64,000 bases of DNA from positions 310,769 through 374,768 of the forward strand of contig CP174360.1 of assembly GCA_045401155.1 (NCBI GenBank), written 5' to 3'. How positions within the stretch are numbered: the first letter of the stretch is position 1; each line of letters starts with the position of its first letter. Shown here in pieces: positions 29,911-39,254 of this stretch. The notes beneath the pieces were generated by a model. The model was not told the origin of the DNA, searched no databases, and worked only from the letters and a program-made list of their open reading frames with translations. Position numbers and translations under genes: made by a program. The stretch is from Candidatus Minusculum obligatum. Its GTDB lineage: Bacteria; Patescibacteriota; Minisyncoccia; Phycocordibacterales; Phycocordibacteraceae.

Positions 29911-30270
29911 GGACAAACGAGTGTCCTTTTTCTTCAAAACCCCCTGGGAAATCCTTGCAAATTTCCCCCTTCAGAATTTGGGAAATCTCCCAAAATCTGA
30001 ACTCTGTACTATCCGGCTCCGTATATATGATGAAATCCGAATGTATTTCAGACGGAGTCTGAAATGAACGGCGAGAGCCGGTGGTACATCAGACATACAC
30101 CTCCGCGAGGTGATCTCCACATACTTTCCGCACCGCACGACTCGCTCCGCTCGCCGTGCACAAATAGAATCCTTCTTTGCACTTTTATCCTTTCCCGCGC
30201 CCCCATTTTTTGGGAAACAAGGAGAAAGAAGTTTCTATTTGCCTTCTGCTTCGCAGAAGGGTGCTTGTAC
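29911..30270 (+). repeat. Intact X-core-Y unit, copy C (direct orientation)
   Basis: X has three hairpins (ggaca..tgtcc; gggaaat..atttccc; attttgg..ccaaaat). Core GGCTCCG is at 30015-30021. Y follows, with its palindrome at 30037-30071. Confidence 0.85.
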
Positions 30271-30390
30271 CTCCAGGTATGTGTCTACTTCCTCTAGAGA
30301 AGCAAAATGCACTTTCCAGAGCCTCTAGCGAGGCTTCCAAACGCTTCAATTACACCAATTGAAGCGTTTGAGGGGAAAGTGCGTTAGAAG

Positions 30391-30813
30391 CTAGATTTTA
30401 GTGTAAAAAACGGATTTTCCAGTGTTTCCAACTTGTTTTATCTTGTTTTGCTTCTCTAGGATATTGAAATAGCGGAATGCTGTTGTTCTTGAGATTCTGA
30501 GTAGTTTTTGTGCATCTTTGTTTGTTATTTGTTCTTGTGTGTCGAAAAGAGACATAATTTTGTCTAACTTCTTCTGTTTTCGTGTTTGGATTGCTGCGCG
30601 TGCTTTTGCAAGGAGTGTTTGTATGAAAGGTTGAGAAGGTTGTGTTGGTTGTGGAGTGGGTAGGGGAGTTTGGGTTGGTTCTTGTGTAGGTGTAGGTTCT
30701 TCAGTTTGAGGTTCAGATGCTTCTGGTGTTGTTTCAGATCCCTCTGGTTGTGGAGGGGTAGAGAGAACAGTTTCTTCAATTTGCAGTTCTTCTGTGAGAG
30801 GTTCTTCTTCCAT
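30391..30813 (-). CDS. Pro/Thr-rich protein with C-terminal winged-HTH (HTH_24-like)
   Basis: C-terminus ITNKDAQKLLRISRTTAFRYFNILEKQNKIKQVGNTGKSVFYTKI. Paralogous C-terminus in 31530..31811. Confidence 0.55.
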   Translation of the reverse strand: MEEEPLTEELQIEETVLSTPPQPEGSETTPEASEPQTEEPTPTQEPTQTPLPTPQPTQPSQPFIQTLLAKARAAIQTRKQKKLDKIMSLFDTQEQITNKDAQKLLRISRTTAFRYFNILEKQNKIKQVGNTGKSVFYTKI

Positions 30814-30814
30814 A

Positions 30815-31489
30815 TTAGATTTCTTTTATAAGTTTTTCAATAATATCTTCTTCTGGGTATCCTTCTACAAAACTAAAGCCTGTTCCAATTTCCCACAGAA
30901 ATGATGACAGCATTCTATTGTCACGTGCTGTTACTTCCATATTCTCAATAGAATAGATCATTCGCGAAAGACCAGAATATACATTATAAAGTCTTTCATC
31001 TTTTACTTCTAAAGTGTTAAATACAACGCTCATAAAATCCCTAAATACCAGAAGCTCAATAAGAATTTGTCTTACAAAAACTTCACCATCATCAGCTTCC
31101 ATTTTGTTTCTGACACGATCCCAGCGTGTTTCGCCAGTATTCAATTCTTCCTTAAAGAATCTACGAAAATTATCTCGCTTGGATGTTTCTTCAATCCTTT
31201 CTGCATTTATCAGTTCTTCTTGTGTTCCTAATAAGATGCGAGTTAAATCCTCCCTAAATTTCCCGTAGTGTTTTTTGAGATTTTTTCGAAGTGTTTGGCG
31301 GTGTCTTCTTTCCGGTTCTTTTCCAAGTTGATAAAAGGTGATGGCAATTAGAATGGAAACAATCAACTGTAATATCAAATCGGAATAGTTTATAAATAAA
31401 TAGGGCAGATCTTTAAAAAATATAAGCACGAGAGCGAGAAATAAAACATGTGCTGCGTACAAAAGGTTATTATCTTTTACAAGATTCAT
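30815..31489 (-). CDS. Membrane protein, partner of the wHTH protein
   Basis: Two TM helices and a cytoplasmic domain. 1-nt intergenic gap to the downstream gene. Confidence 0.5.
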   Translation of the reverse strand: MNLVKDNNLLYAAHVLFLALVLIFFKDLPYLFINYSDLILQLIVSILIAITFYQLGKEPERRHRQTLRKNLKKHYGKFREDLTRILLGTQEELINAERIEETSKRDNFRRFFKEELNTGETRWDRVRNKMEADDGEVFVRQILIELLVFRDFMSVVFNTLEVKDERLYNVYSGLSRMIYSIENMEVTARDNRMLSSFLWEIGTGFSFVEGYPEEDIIEKLIKEI

Positions 31490-31529
31490 TATAAAAACAG
31501 TATACCAAACGGCTCAATGCATTGAGCCG

Positions 31530-31811
31530 TTAAATTTTTTTGTAGTAAACGTGTTTTCCTGTTGTTCCTATCTGCTTTATTTCTCCTTCATTCTCTAATT
31601 CTTGGAGATATCTGGTTGCAGTTGCATCTGATACATTAAGAAGCTTTTCAATGTCATTGTTTTGTATTTTCTGGGCAGTTTTTAGGTGTTCAAGAATTTG
31701 CTCTTTTCTTTTTGTTTTCTGAGAGAGGGGGAGAGTGACTTGTCTTCGTGCAAGGTAAAAGCCGATAATTATTCCAGCAAATGCAATAAGAATAAAGGTA
31801 AGTATATTCAT
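31530..31811 (-). CDS. TM-anchored winged-HTH protein
   Basis: N-terminal TM helix. [34 protein letters not shown]. Confidence 0.55.
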   Translation of the reverse strand: MNILTFILIAFAGIIIGFYLARRQVTLPLSQKTKRKEQILEHLKTAQKIQNNDIEKLLNVSDATATRYLQELENEGEIKQIGTTGKHVYYKKI

Positions 31812-31834
31812 TAGTTAGATTTTAGCACCTGTGC

Positions 31835-32812
31835 TCAAGTTCCAAGATCTTTTTTCGACTTTTTTGGGCAAGACCTTGAAAAATTACTTGTATGTATGTT
31901 TCCTGTTGATTCCTCCATGATAGTCATCTTAAACATTTTCTTTTCTTTGTTTAGATCTCCCCAAGGTATTTTGTCTTCTACTGTTTGAACAAGGACTCCT
32001 CTCAGTCCGCCAGGAAATTTTTCTTTAGACGCGACTTCTCCAAGAAGGAAAATAATAATTTCTCTTGAAAAGTAGAAAAACTTTATGGGATAAAATTTAA
32101 AAGCATCAGCAGCATTTTTCTTAAGAATAAGTGGGAAATAAGGTATCAATTTTTCAAATTTATTAGTGTGATATTCAATCGAATCTATTTTAAAGATTCC
32201 ATGTTCAACATCATTTCTTGCTTTTACAAATTCAGTTAACCACTCTTTTTTATTTTTTTGTATGAACTCCTCTAGTCTTCGCGCTTCATTTTTATCTGTA
32301 AATTTTGAAGAAAGGTTGCTCAACTTAGTTTCAAACTTTTTATGATCGTCTTTTCCAAAAAGAAACTCTATATTAAATCCTAAGTCACGAGAAAGTTTAC
32401 AAAGTGCATCTTTAACAATATCTCCATCTACAAATAAGTGCCTTGTATAGAAAGAGCAAATATGATCAAAATCCTTTACTTGCCACGTGTTGTTATTTTT
32501 TGTTACTCCAATACCCTCCTTCAGGTCGAATGTGTGTTTTTTGTAATCTTCCATGGCTCGTTCAGAGAGGGAAAATAGATCAAGTAATGATTCGTATAAT
32601 TTATTAAGATTCTCTGTCTCAATACATAAGTTTTGTAGTATTCCATTTATTTCAAAAAGGAAAGTGGTATGTATATCGTTAAAATTTCTTGGCGCCTCCT
32701 TAATCAAAGGTCCTTTTCTTGGGTACGGCTTACAGCAATTTTTAAATTTCACTCCACTGCCACACGGACATTTCGAATTAATTGTGAATCTATTTTCTTT
32801 TTTGGAAGCCAT
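31835..32812 (-). CDS. SEC-C motif (CPCGSGxKFKNCC) domain protein
   Basis: N-terminal SecA-C-terminal-like zinc motif CPCGSGVKFKNCC. Remainder unrecognised. Confidence 0.5.
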   Translation of the reverse strand: MASKKENRFTINSKCPCGSGVKFKNCCKPYPRKGPLIKEAPRNFNDIHTTFLFEINGILQNLCIETENLNKLYESLLDLFSLSERAMEDYKKHTFDLKEGIGVTKNNNTWQVKDFDHICSFYTRHLFVDGDIVKDALCKLSRDLGFNIEFLFGKDDHKKFETKLSNLSSKFTDKNEARRLEEFIQKNKKEWLTEFVKARNDVEHGIFKIDSIEYHTNKFEKLIPYFPLILKKNAADAFKFYPIKFFYFSREIIIFLLGEVASKEKFPGGLRGVLVQTVEDKIPWGDLNKEKKMFKMTIMEESTGNIHTSNFSRSCPKKSKKDLGT

Positions 32813-32884
32813 TATTCGTGTGTCACGTTTTAAATTCTCTGCTGTCTACCACATCTGTTTTTTGGTCTATTTTATTGAATGTTT

Positions 32885-33271
32885 CTAAGCAAGGGCATCA
32901 ATGCTTTGTTTGAGTTGTTTTTCTACATCTTGAGCAACATCTTTAAGTATATCTGATTCAACCATACTCATTGCGGCAGAAGGAAGGATAGAAGAAACAT
33001 ATGTATTCTTGTTTTGTTCGTACACAATCACATTACAAGGAAGAAGGAGTCCTATTTCTTTTTCTGCTGAGAGTGCTTTGTGCGCAAATGCAGGATTACA
33101 CGCGCCAAGAATTGTGTAGCGATCATAATCAACACCAATTTTTTCTTTCATGGTTTTTTGTACATCAATAGTTGTAAGTACTCCAAAACCATTATCAGCA
33201 AGTGATTTTTTCACAGCACCAATTGCCTCATCAAAAGGAAGGGACGTCTTTACGGTGTGACTGTATTTCAT
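32885..33271 (-). CDS. DUF302-family protein
   Basis: GLLLPCNVIVYEQ motif. Confidence 0.6.
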   Translation of the reverse strand: MKYSHTVKTSLPFDEAIGAVKKSLADNGFGVLTTIDVQKTMKEKIGVDYDRYTILGACNPAFAHKALSAEKEIGLLLPCNVIVYEQNKNTYVSSILPSAAMSMVESDILKDVAQDVEKQLKQSIDALA

Positions 33272-33507
33272 GCAAGTTTATTGTATGTCACTGCAAATAG
33301 ATAGAAAGCAATAAATGACATAACTGCAGCCTCAATCATTCCTGTTAGTGTTCCAATAACAGTGGGGGAATAGAAGAGGTGCATTTCTTGCATTGCTGAA
33401 ACGGCAATCGTATAAATTCCTAGAGAGTTAAAGATGGTTAGAATGAGCATAATAAGTGCAGAAACAATTCCTGCTGCATACCCAAGTGCTTTTGCGTGTA
33501 ATTTCAT
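33268..33507 (-). CDS. Small membrane protein
   Basis: 79 aa, 2-3 TM helices, 4-bp overlap with the DUF302 gene. Confidence 0.45.
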   Translation of the reverse strand: MKLHAKALGYAAGIVSALIMLILTIFNSLGIYTIAVSAMQEMHLFYSPTVIGTLTGMIEAAVMSFIAFYLFAVTYNKLA

Positions 33508-33552
33508 AGTAGAAAAAATTTACTTTAATAAAATAGGGGATAAAGAATTGAC

Positions 33553-33580
33553 GTATAGTACCCCCTAGGGGTATTATACC
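33553..33580. promoter_or_regulatory. Putative CsoR/RcnR-type operator within a TTGACG-N18-TATTAT promoter
   Basis: GTATAGTACCCCCTAGGGGTATTATAC: G/C tract flanked by an AT-rich inverted repeat, located in the divergent promoter region directly upstream of the csoR-like gene. Confidence 0.6.
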
Positions 33581-33585
33581 TGCTA

Positions 33586-33858
33586 ATGAAGAAAGATATC
33601 AAGAAGAGAGTTGTGCACAGGTTGAAAATCATCGAGGGGCAAGTAAAAGGTTTGCAAAGAATGGCAGAAGAAGAAGAGTATTGTATTAGCATCATTACTC
33701 AAGTTTCAGCAATGAGACAAGCACTTTCTTCTGTAGAAGACTTAATGCTTGAAAATCACTTACTTACACACGTGGTAAGCCAAATGAAGAGTGAGAAAGG
33801 TCAAAAGAAAGCAGTGGAGGAGATGTTGTCCATTTATAAACTTTCAAAGAAAAAGTAG
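33586..33858 (+). CDS. CsoR/RcnR/FrmR-family metal- or persulfide-sensing repressor
   Basis: DUF156 fold with YC at residues 32-33 and NHLLTH (His58, His62). Fingerprint is x-C-H-H. Confidence 0.7.
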   Translation: MKKDIKKRVVHRLKIIEGQVKGLQRMAEEEEYCISIITQVSAMRQALSSVEDLMLENHLLTHVVSQMKSEKGQKKAVEEMLSIYKLSKKK

Positions 33859-33862
33859 ATAT

Positions 33863-34690
33863 ATGAATGTAAAAATACTTGGAATTGGAGCTTTTGTCGC
33901 ATTACTCATTGCTGGCTTTGTGTTGGTGCAAGGTGGTGTTCCAGAATCTAAAATGGTTGAAGAGCATAGTGATTCTCTAGAATCATACGAAATGAGTCCT
34001 TCACAAGCTGTTAGCCGAATGCAAAGCAAAGATGATGTTGTGGTTCTTGATGTTCGAACAATTCAAGAATATGAAGAAATTCACCTTCAAAATGCTCTCT
34101 TGCTCCCCGTGCAGGAACTTTCTCAAGCTTCACTTGATGCGATTGGTCTTTCTGACAAAGATCAGGAAATAATTCTCTATTGCAGGAGTGGTGCTCGGAG
34201 TAAGACGGCTTTCGATATCATGAATTCTCTTGGGTATACAAACATAAAGAGTGTTGCAGGGGGAATGGTTCATTGGCAAGAAGATAATTACCCGCTTACA
34301 GAGGTGGGAAAGTTCAATGAATCAAAGAATATTCAGGAAAGTGAGGAAAATACAACAGGTCCAAAGATAAGTATCGATCGTAAATTACATGATTTTGGAG
34401 AGATTCCTCAATTTGCAGGTGTAGTACAGACAATGTTTACCGTTACAAATTTGGGGACAGAAACTCTTATTGTTGGCGATATTACAACCAGTTGTAGCTG
34501 TACGTCAGCAACACTGTCTTCATATTCTATTGGGGCAGGAGAGAGCGCTGAACTTACCGTTCTCTTTGATCCTGATTTACATGAAGAGCCAGAGGGTGTG
34601 TTTACGCGAACGGTATTTATCCCAAGTAATGACGTGAACACTCCAGAAGCAGAAGTTGCAGTACAAGTCGATATATTAGAAGGAGTTTAA
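33863..34690 (+). CDS. Membrane-anchored rhodanese-domain protein with C-terminal DUF1573 (SCxCT) domain
   Basis: TM helix. Rhodanese fold with active-site CRSGARS. C-terminal TSCSCTS motif. Confidence 0.65.
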   Translation: MNVKILGIGAFVALLIAGFVLVQGGVPESKMVEEHSDSLESYEMSPSQAVSRMQSKDDVVVLDVRTIQEYEEIHLQNALLLPVQELSQASLDAIGLSDKDQEIILYCRSGARSKTAFDIMNSLGYTNIKSVAGGMVHWQEDNYPLTEVGKFNESKNIQESEENTTGPKISIDRKLHDFGEIPQFAGVVQTMFTVTNLGTETLIVGDITTSCSCTSATLSSYSIGAGESAELTVLFDPDLHEEPEGVFTRTVFIPSNDVNTPEAEVAVQVDILEGV

Positions 34691-34701
34691 AATTAGATAA
34701 T

Positions 34702-35172
34702 ATGAACAATTACATTATAGGAGCACTAGTTATTGCAGGAGCACTTATTGCAGGAGCAATATTCTTTGTGGGTGGAGGTCCTGTTATAGAAAAGGTTGTG
34801 GCATCGGAGATTACTCTTGAGGCAAATGAGTATGATTTTGGCGATATTGACATTTTTGGTGGAAAGGTAAAAACAACTTTCCCTATCACAAATACTGGAA
34901 ATGCTGATGTGACAGTATTGTCTGGAGTTACAAGTTGTATCTGTACGGAAGGAGAAATAGATTCACTTTCCTTTGGTATGCATGGAAGTGATGGCGAGAC
35001 AGTAATACCGGCAGGAGAGACAAGGGAGTTGGTTGCAATATATGACCCATTAGCACACGGTCCTGATGGAGTTGGGAAAATAAAACGACAGTTGCAACTA
35101 AAAACAAATTCTTCAGTAACTGAGTACATCGATGTAAGTTTTACAGGAAATGTAGTAAAGAATGCTGAGTAA
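34702..35172 (+). CDS. DUF1573-domain protein
   Basis: TM anchor, TSCICTEGE motif. Confidence 0.55.
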   Translation: MNNYIIGALVIAGALIAGAIFFVGGGPVIEKVVASEITLEANEYDFGDIDIFGGKVKTTFPITNTGNADVTVLSGVTSCICTEGEIDSLSFGMHGSDGETVIPAGETRELVAIYDPLAHGPDGVGKIKRQLQLKTNSSVTEYIDVSFTGNVVKNAE

Positions 35173-35186
35173 CAAATAATATTCTC

Positions 35187-36140
35187 ATGGATAAAGTAAA
35201 AATAGCACTTGTAGGTATTGCATTCATTCTCTTGTCAATCATGCTTGTAGGAGGATTTAGTTTGCTAACTTCTCCTACTATGGTTCCAGGATTTTCTTTG
35301 GCATTTTTGGCAGGGATATCAATGATTGTGCTTCCGTGTACTTTTCCTCTTGTGTTTATCATTGTTCCTCTTGCGCTCTCAAAACAAAGCGTGAAAAAAG
35401 GAATCGTTATGGCGCTTCTTTTTGGTCTTGGTCTTACCGTTACATTTACGCTATATGGTCTAGCACTTGGATGGCTTGGTGGTTTTGTCGGATTGTACAA
35501 AGTTGTCAGTGCAATGCTTCTTATTGGGGGTATAGCAGCACTTTTCTTTGGATTGGCAGAGCTTGGCTTAGTAAACTTCTCTTTGCCATTTCGAAAAACT
35601 ATTCTTCCACAGTCGCTCCAGCAAAAGAATGACTACATACGGAGCTTCTTTCTAGGTTTCTTCTTGGGAAACGCCGGAGTTGGTTGCCCAAATCCAGCTT
35701 TCTATATTCTTTTTGGATATGTAGCTACACTTGGAGATCCTATTACTGGAGCATCTCTTGGAGCATTACATGGAATAGGGAGAATGGCTCCACTTCTATT
35801 TCTAGTAGTTCTTGCAATTCTTGGAATAAATATGATGGAAAAGGTGAGTACATATCAGGAAAGAGTGAAGCGCTGGGTTGCATGGTCGCTTGTCGTACTT
35901 GGGGCATTCATACTTAATTACGGACTTTTTGGCATGGCATGGTTTGAAAAATCAGGTATTCATGAAGCATGGAATCAGTTCCTTCTTGCGGTGGTTCCAA
36001 AAATTGCAGAGTCGGCAGAGCTTGAGTCAGCACTCCAGCTTCCACAAGGTGTTGGTGGTGTTATGCCTTGGATAGTTCTTGGTGCGGTTATAAGTGGAGT
36101 AATTGTATGGAGTGCAGTTAAGGCACGAAATAGTAAATAA
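35187..36140 (+). CDS. CcdA/DsbD-family thiol-disulfide transmembrane electron-transfer protein
   Basis: Conserved Cys in TM helices (LPCTFPLV and GVGCPNPAF). Confidence 0.65.
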   Translation: MDKVKIALVGIAFILLSIMLVGGFSLLTSPTMVPGFSLAFLAGISMIVLPCTFPLVFIIVPLALSKQSVKKGIVMALLFGLGLTVTFTLYGLALGWLGGFVGLYKVVSAMLLIGGIAALFFGLAELGLVNFSLPFRKTILPQSLQQKNDYIRSFFLGFFLGNAGVGCPNPAFYILFGYVATLGDPITGASLGALHGIGRMAPLLFLVVLAILGINMMEKVSTYQERVKRWVAWSLVVLGAFILNYGLFGMAWFEKSGIHEAWNQFLLAVVPKIAESAELESALQLPQGVGGVMPWIVLGAVISGVIVWSAVKARNSK

Positions 36141-36142
36141 TT

Positions 36143-36289
36143 ATGACTAACTTTATACAAATAGCATATGCACATGGAGGAGAGGAGGTTGAAACTGTAA
36201 CAACTCTTGATTTCTCAGGGCCACTTATTGCTCTGGGAATGATTGTCGCAGCAATTATTATTGCAAAAGTTATTTCTAAGAAAAAATAA
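36143..36289 (+). CDS. 48-aa small membrane protein (not in ORF track)
   Basis: MTNFIQIAYAHGGEEVETVTTLDFSGPLIALGMIVAAIIIAKVISKKK, tightly packed between ccdA-like and trx-like genes. Confidence 0.35.
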   Translation: MTNFIQIAYAHGGEEVETVTTLDFSGPLIALGMIVAAIIIAKVISKKK

Positions 36290-36290
36290 C

Positions 36291-36548
36291 ATGATTAAAG
36301 TAACGCTTGTTCGTCCAGAAGGGTGTCATCATTGTAAGGAGGTTAAAAATACGCTTGAGGGAATGAGAGATGAATTTCCTGATATTTCAATTGAAGAAAT
36401 TGATATGGTTACACCTGAAGGAAGGGAGCTTGTTCAAAAATATCGCATTCTATCAAGTCCGGGGATTTTAATTAATGATGAATTCTTTGCTTTTGGTGGC
36501 GCTACTGAGGAGCAGTTTAGAAAAAAGTTTAACGAAATTAATGGCTAG
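36291..36548 (+). CDS. Small thioredoxin/glutaredoxin-fold protein (CHHC active site)
   Basis: MIKVTLVRPEGCHHCKEVK. Start at ATG 36291 rather than ORF-track TTG 36243. Confidence 0.6.
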   Translation: MIKVTLVRPEGCHHCKEVKNTLEGMRDEFPDISIEEIDMVTPEGRELVQKYRILSSPGILINDEFFAFGGATEEQFRKKFNEING

Positions 36549-36562
36549 GCCCGATAAAGAAA

Positions 36563-37276
36563 ATGTTATTGGGAATTAAAAGTAAAAAAGTTGCACTCTT
36601 GCGCCACTTAGCAATGGCTATCGTTGGAGGACTGCTTGTATATTTGGTTTGGTCACTTAATGGTACGTGGAGTCCAGACATGCGATTGTGGAAAGCTTTT
36701 GGCGGAGCATCTTTTTTCCTCCTCTGGTTTGCTGTTGTTATTGGACCATTAGCGAAACTTCTTCCATCATTTAACTTAATGCTCGCATATCGTCGCGAGG
36801 CAGGAGTTTGGTTTTTTATCATCGCATTGGTGCATGGGTACCTCATTCTTGATGGCTGGGTGCGGTGGAATGTATGGGAATTTTTCGGCTATCAATACTT
36901 TACTGAAGTAGAGATGTATTTACGAGTTGAGCCTGGGTTTGGATTAGCAAGTTTACTTGGATTTGTTGCTCTCATGTTTGCTCTTGCGCTTGCTGCAACA
37001 TCTTTTGATTGGGCAGTTAATCTTCTAGGTATTACTTCTTGGAAATGGTTGCATATGTTTGCGTACGTTGTGTTTTATTTGGCAGCAATGCATGTTGTAT
37101 ATTTTGCTTTTATTCACTACACACCTTCGTTTAATAGGCTTGCAATGGGGCTTCCAACAGATTATCCAGATAACCCATTGAAATATTATTATCTCAACGC
37201 ACTTTTGAGTGTGTTTGTTTTGCAGACATCTGCTTTTATTGCAACGGTACGTAAAAATAAAAGAGCAAGCTGGTAG
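36563..37276 (+). CDS. Ferric-reductase-like transmembrane heme-binding component (MsrQ/YedZ-like)
   Basis: 6 TM helices with paired His (ALVHGY, AAMHVVYFAFIHY). Confidence 0.5.
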   Translation: MLLGIKSKKVALLRHLAMAIVGGLLVYLVWSLNGTWSPDMRLWKAFGGASFFLLWFAVVIGPLAKLLPSFNLMLAYRREAGVWFFIIALVHGYLILDGWVRWNVWEFFGYQYFTEVEMYLRVEPGFGLASLLGFVALMFALALAATSFDWAVNLLGITSWKWLHMFAYVVFYLAAMHVVYFAFIHYTPSFNRLAMGLPTDYPDNPLKYYYLNALLSVFVLQTSAFIATVRKNKRASW

Positions 37277-37279
37277 CGT

Positions 37280-37960
37280 ATGGTATTTGAAACAACAATT
37301 AAAGGACGTAAAAAAGTTGCAAAAGGTACTTGCGAAATAACTTTCAAAAGACCCGAGAAATTTGTATTTAAAGCAGGGCAATATATACAAATTGCCATAC
37401 CAGAATTACTCAAGTCAGATTTAAGGGGTAATTCACGACTATTCTCTGTCACTTCATCTCCGGATGATATAGAAAATATCCGCGTAGTTTTTAGAGTCTC
37501 TAATAGTGGGTTTAAACAAACACTGGTAAGCATGCCAGTTGGTGCAACGGTACATATTGAACAGGCTGCTGGAAGTTTTGTTTTACCGCAATCACCAAAA
37601 CAGCAACAAATTTTTGTTGCTGGCGGTGTTGGCATCTCTCCATTTATGAGTTACTTCAATCAAAAGAACACTCCATTTGAGAATGGACAGATCATTCTTT
37701 TTTATGGAAATCAAAACGAAGAAAGTGCCGCATACATTGCTGAGCTTCGCTCTTTTGCAAAGAGGTATCAATCTTTTTCACTACAAGAGCTGTATGAAAG
37801 ACCTTCCTCTGAATTCTTTAGGAGAAATGCGCAAATGTATAAAAATGCCGCATGGTGGGTGGTTGGGCCACCGGCAATGGTTGGAGTTGTTGTAAACGGA
37901 CTTCAATTAGGAGGTGTGGACCAAAATAATATTATAACTGAACCCTTTGAAGGATATTAG
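37280..37960 (+). CDS. FNR-like FAD/NAD(P)H oxidoreductase domain protein
   Basis: RLFSVTS (RxYS FAD motif), GGVGISPF (NAD motif). Confidence 0.6.
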   Translation: MVFETTIKGRKKVAKGTCEITFKRPEKFVFKAGQYIQIAIPELLKSDLRGNSRLFSVTSSPDDIENIRVVFRVSNSGFKQTLVSMPVGATVHIEQAAGSFVLPQSPKQQQIFVAGGVGISPFMSYFNQKNTPFENGQIILFYGNQNEESAAYIAELRSFAKRYQSFSLQELYERPSSEFFRRNAQMYKNAAWWVVGPPAMVGVVVNGLQLGGVDQNNIITEPFEGY

Positions 37961-37964
37961 ATAT

Positions 37965-38735
37965 ATGAAAAATACTTTAGGATTAATTGTTTTTATTCTC
38001 GTGCTTGTTGCACTAACTGCAATATTTTTTCTGAATGGCAGAAATACAGAAGTAACACCCGATGAAACATTTTCTATATCTGCTCAGGATATCAAAGACC
38101 AAATTACCATTGATCGTGTTGTTATGGACCAGCCAGGATTTATTGTGGCACGAGAAATTATAGATGGAAAACCGGGGCAGATAGTGGAAGTAAGTAAGTA
38201 TTTAAAGGTGGGTGAAAATGTTGATGTTGTTATAGGTCTTGCACAACCATTAATTGAGGGGGTTGGTGTGAGCAGTGATCAATTTGATCAAGAAATTGTT
38301 GTTGCTGTGTATTATGATGATGGAGATAAGGGGTTTAATCCGTCTCTTGATTCTCTTGCGTATCGTGCAGGAGAAGTGCTCGCACGGTTTGTCAAAACAG
38401 GAATAATGGCGCCTGAGTCAGCAGTGGTGCCAAACACTAAGGGTGAAAATATTGATGTTGCTCAAATAGTTACCTATACAGACAGTGGGTTTATTCCTCG
38501 GAACAGTGAAATTTCTCCTGGTGATACTGTTCGATTTATTAATAAGAGCAGTAATCAAATGTGGGTTGCTTCAAATGGGCACCCAGCGCATATGATACTT
38601 CCAACATTTGATCAGTTCAGTGCTTCTTCATATGGTGAAAGTTATGAATACACTTTTGAAAAAGAGGGGGTGTGGGAGTATCACGATCACATAAATGCTA
38701 GCCAGGTTGGTGTCATATTAGTTCATTCAAATTAA
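37965..38735 (+). CDS. Secreted hypothetical protein with C-terminal cupredoxin-like beta domain
   Basis: TM/signal N-terminus. C-terminal His residues (NGHPAH, YHDH), no Cys. Confidence 0.45.
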   Translation: MKNTLGLIVFILVLVALTAIFFLNGRNTEVTPDETFSISAQDIKDQITIDRVVMDQPGFIVAREIIDGKPGQIVEVSKYLKVGENVDVVIGLAQPLIEGVGVSSDQFDQEIVVAVYYDDGDKGFNPSLDSLAYRAGEVLARFVKTGIMAPESAVVPNTKGENIDVAQIVTYTDSGFIPRNSEISPGDTVRFINKSSNQMWVASNGHPAHMILPTFDQFSASSYGESYEYTFEKEGVWEYHDHINASQVGVILVHSN

Positions 38736-38740
38736 ATTAC

Positions 38741-39211
38741 ATGCAAAATACAATAAATATTTGGGGAGTGTCTGCCATTATTGGCATAACTATTCTATTG
38801 ATTGGTGGCGTCGCGCTATTGCCAAAATCTCCTGCGGGAGGGGGAGACGCTGTTGCTGCGGGACTCCATTGGCATCCCGAATTACAAATTTTTGTTGATG
38901 GAGAGAAGCAGCAAATTCCAGCAAATATAGGACTTGGTGGTGGCGGACATCAGCCAATACATACGCATACAGAAGACGTTGGGCAAGGAGTTCTTCACTT
39001 TGAATTTGGAGGAGTTGCCTATACAGGAGATCTCCGTTTGGGAAACTTCTTCCGTATTTGGGGAAATAAAGATATACAAACAGCGTTTGGCGTACTTGAA
39101 CAAATGATAGTAAATGGAGAAGAAAGCAGTGAATTTGGAGAATATGTTGTGCAAAGTGAAGACAAAATAGAGCTCCACTACAAGACTTTATTGCAGGGAG
39201 AGGTTATGTAG
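38741..39211 (+). CDS. His-rich putative metal-binding secreted protein
   Basis: TM anchor. LHWHPELQIFVDGEKQQIP, HQPIHTHTED, LHFEF. Confidence 0.45.
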   Translation: MQNTINIWGVSAIIGITILLIGGVALLPKSPAGGGDAVAAGLHWHPELQIFVDGEKQQIPANIGLGGGGHQPIHTHTEDVGQGVLHFEFGGVAYTGDLRLGNFFRIWGNKDIQTAFGVLEQMIVNGEESSEFGEYVVQSEDKIELHYKTLLQGEVM

Positions 39212-39254
39212 GCATGTTACTATTACTTAAATAAAAAAATAAAATATTGTTACT

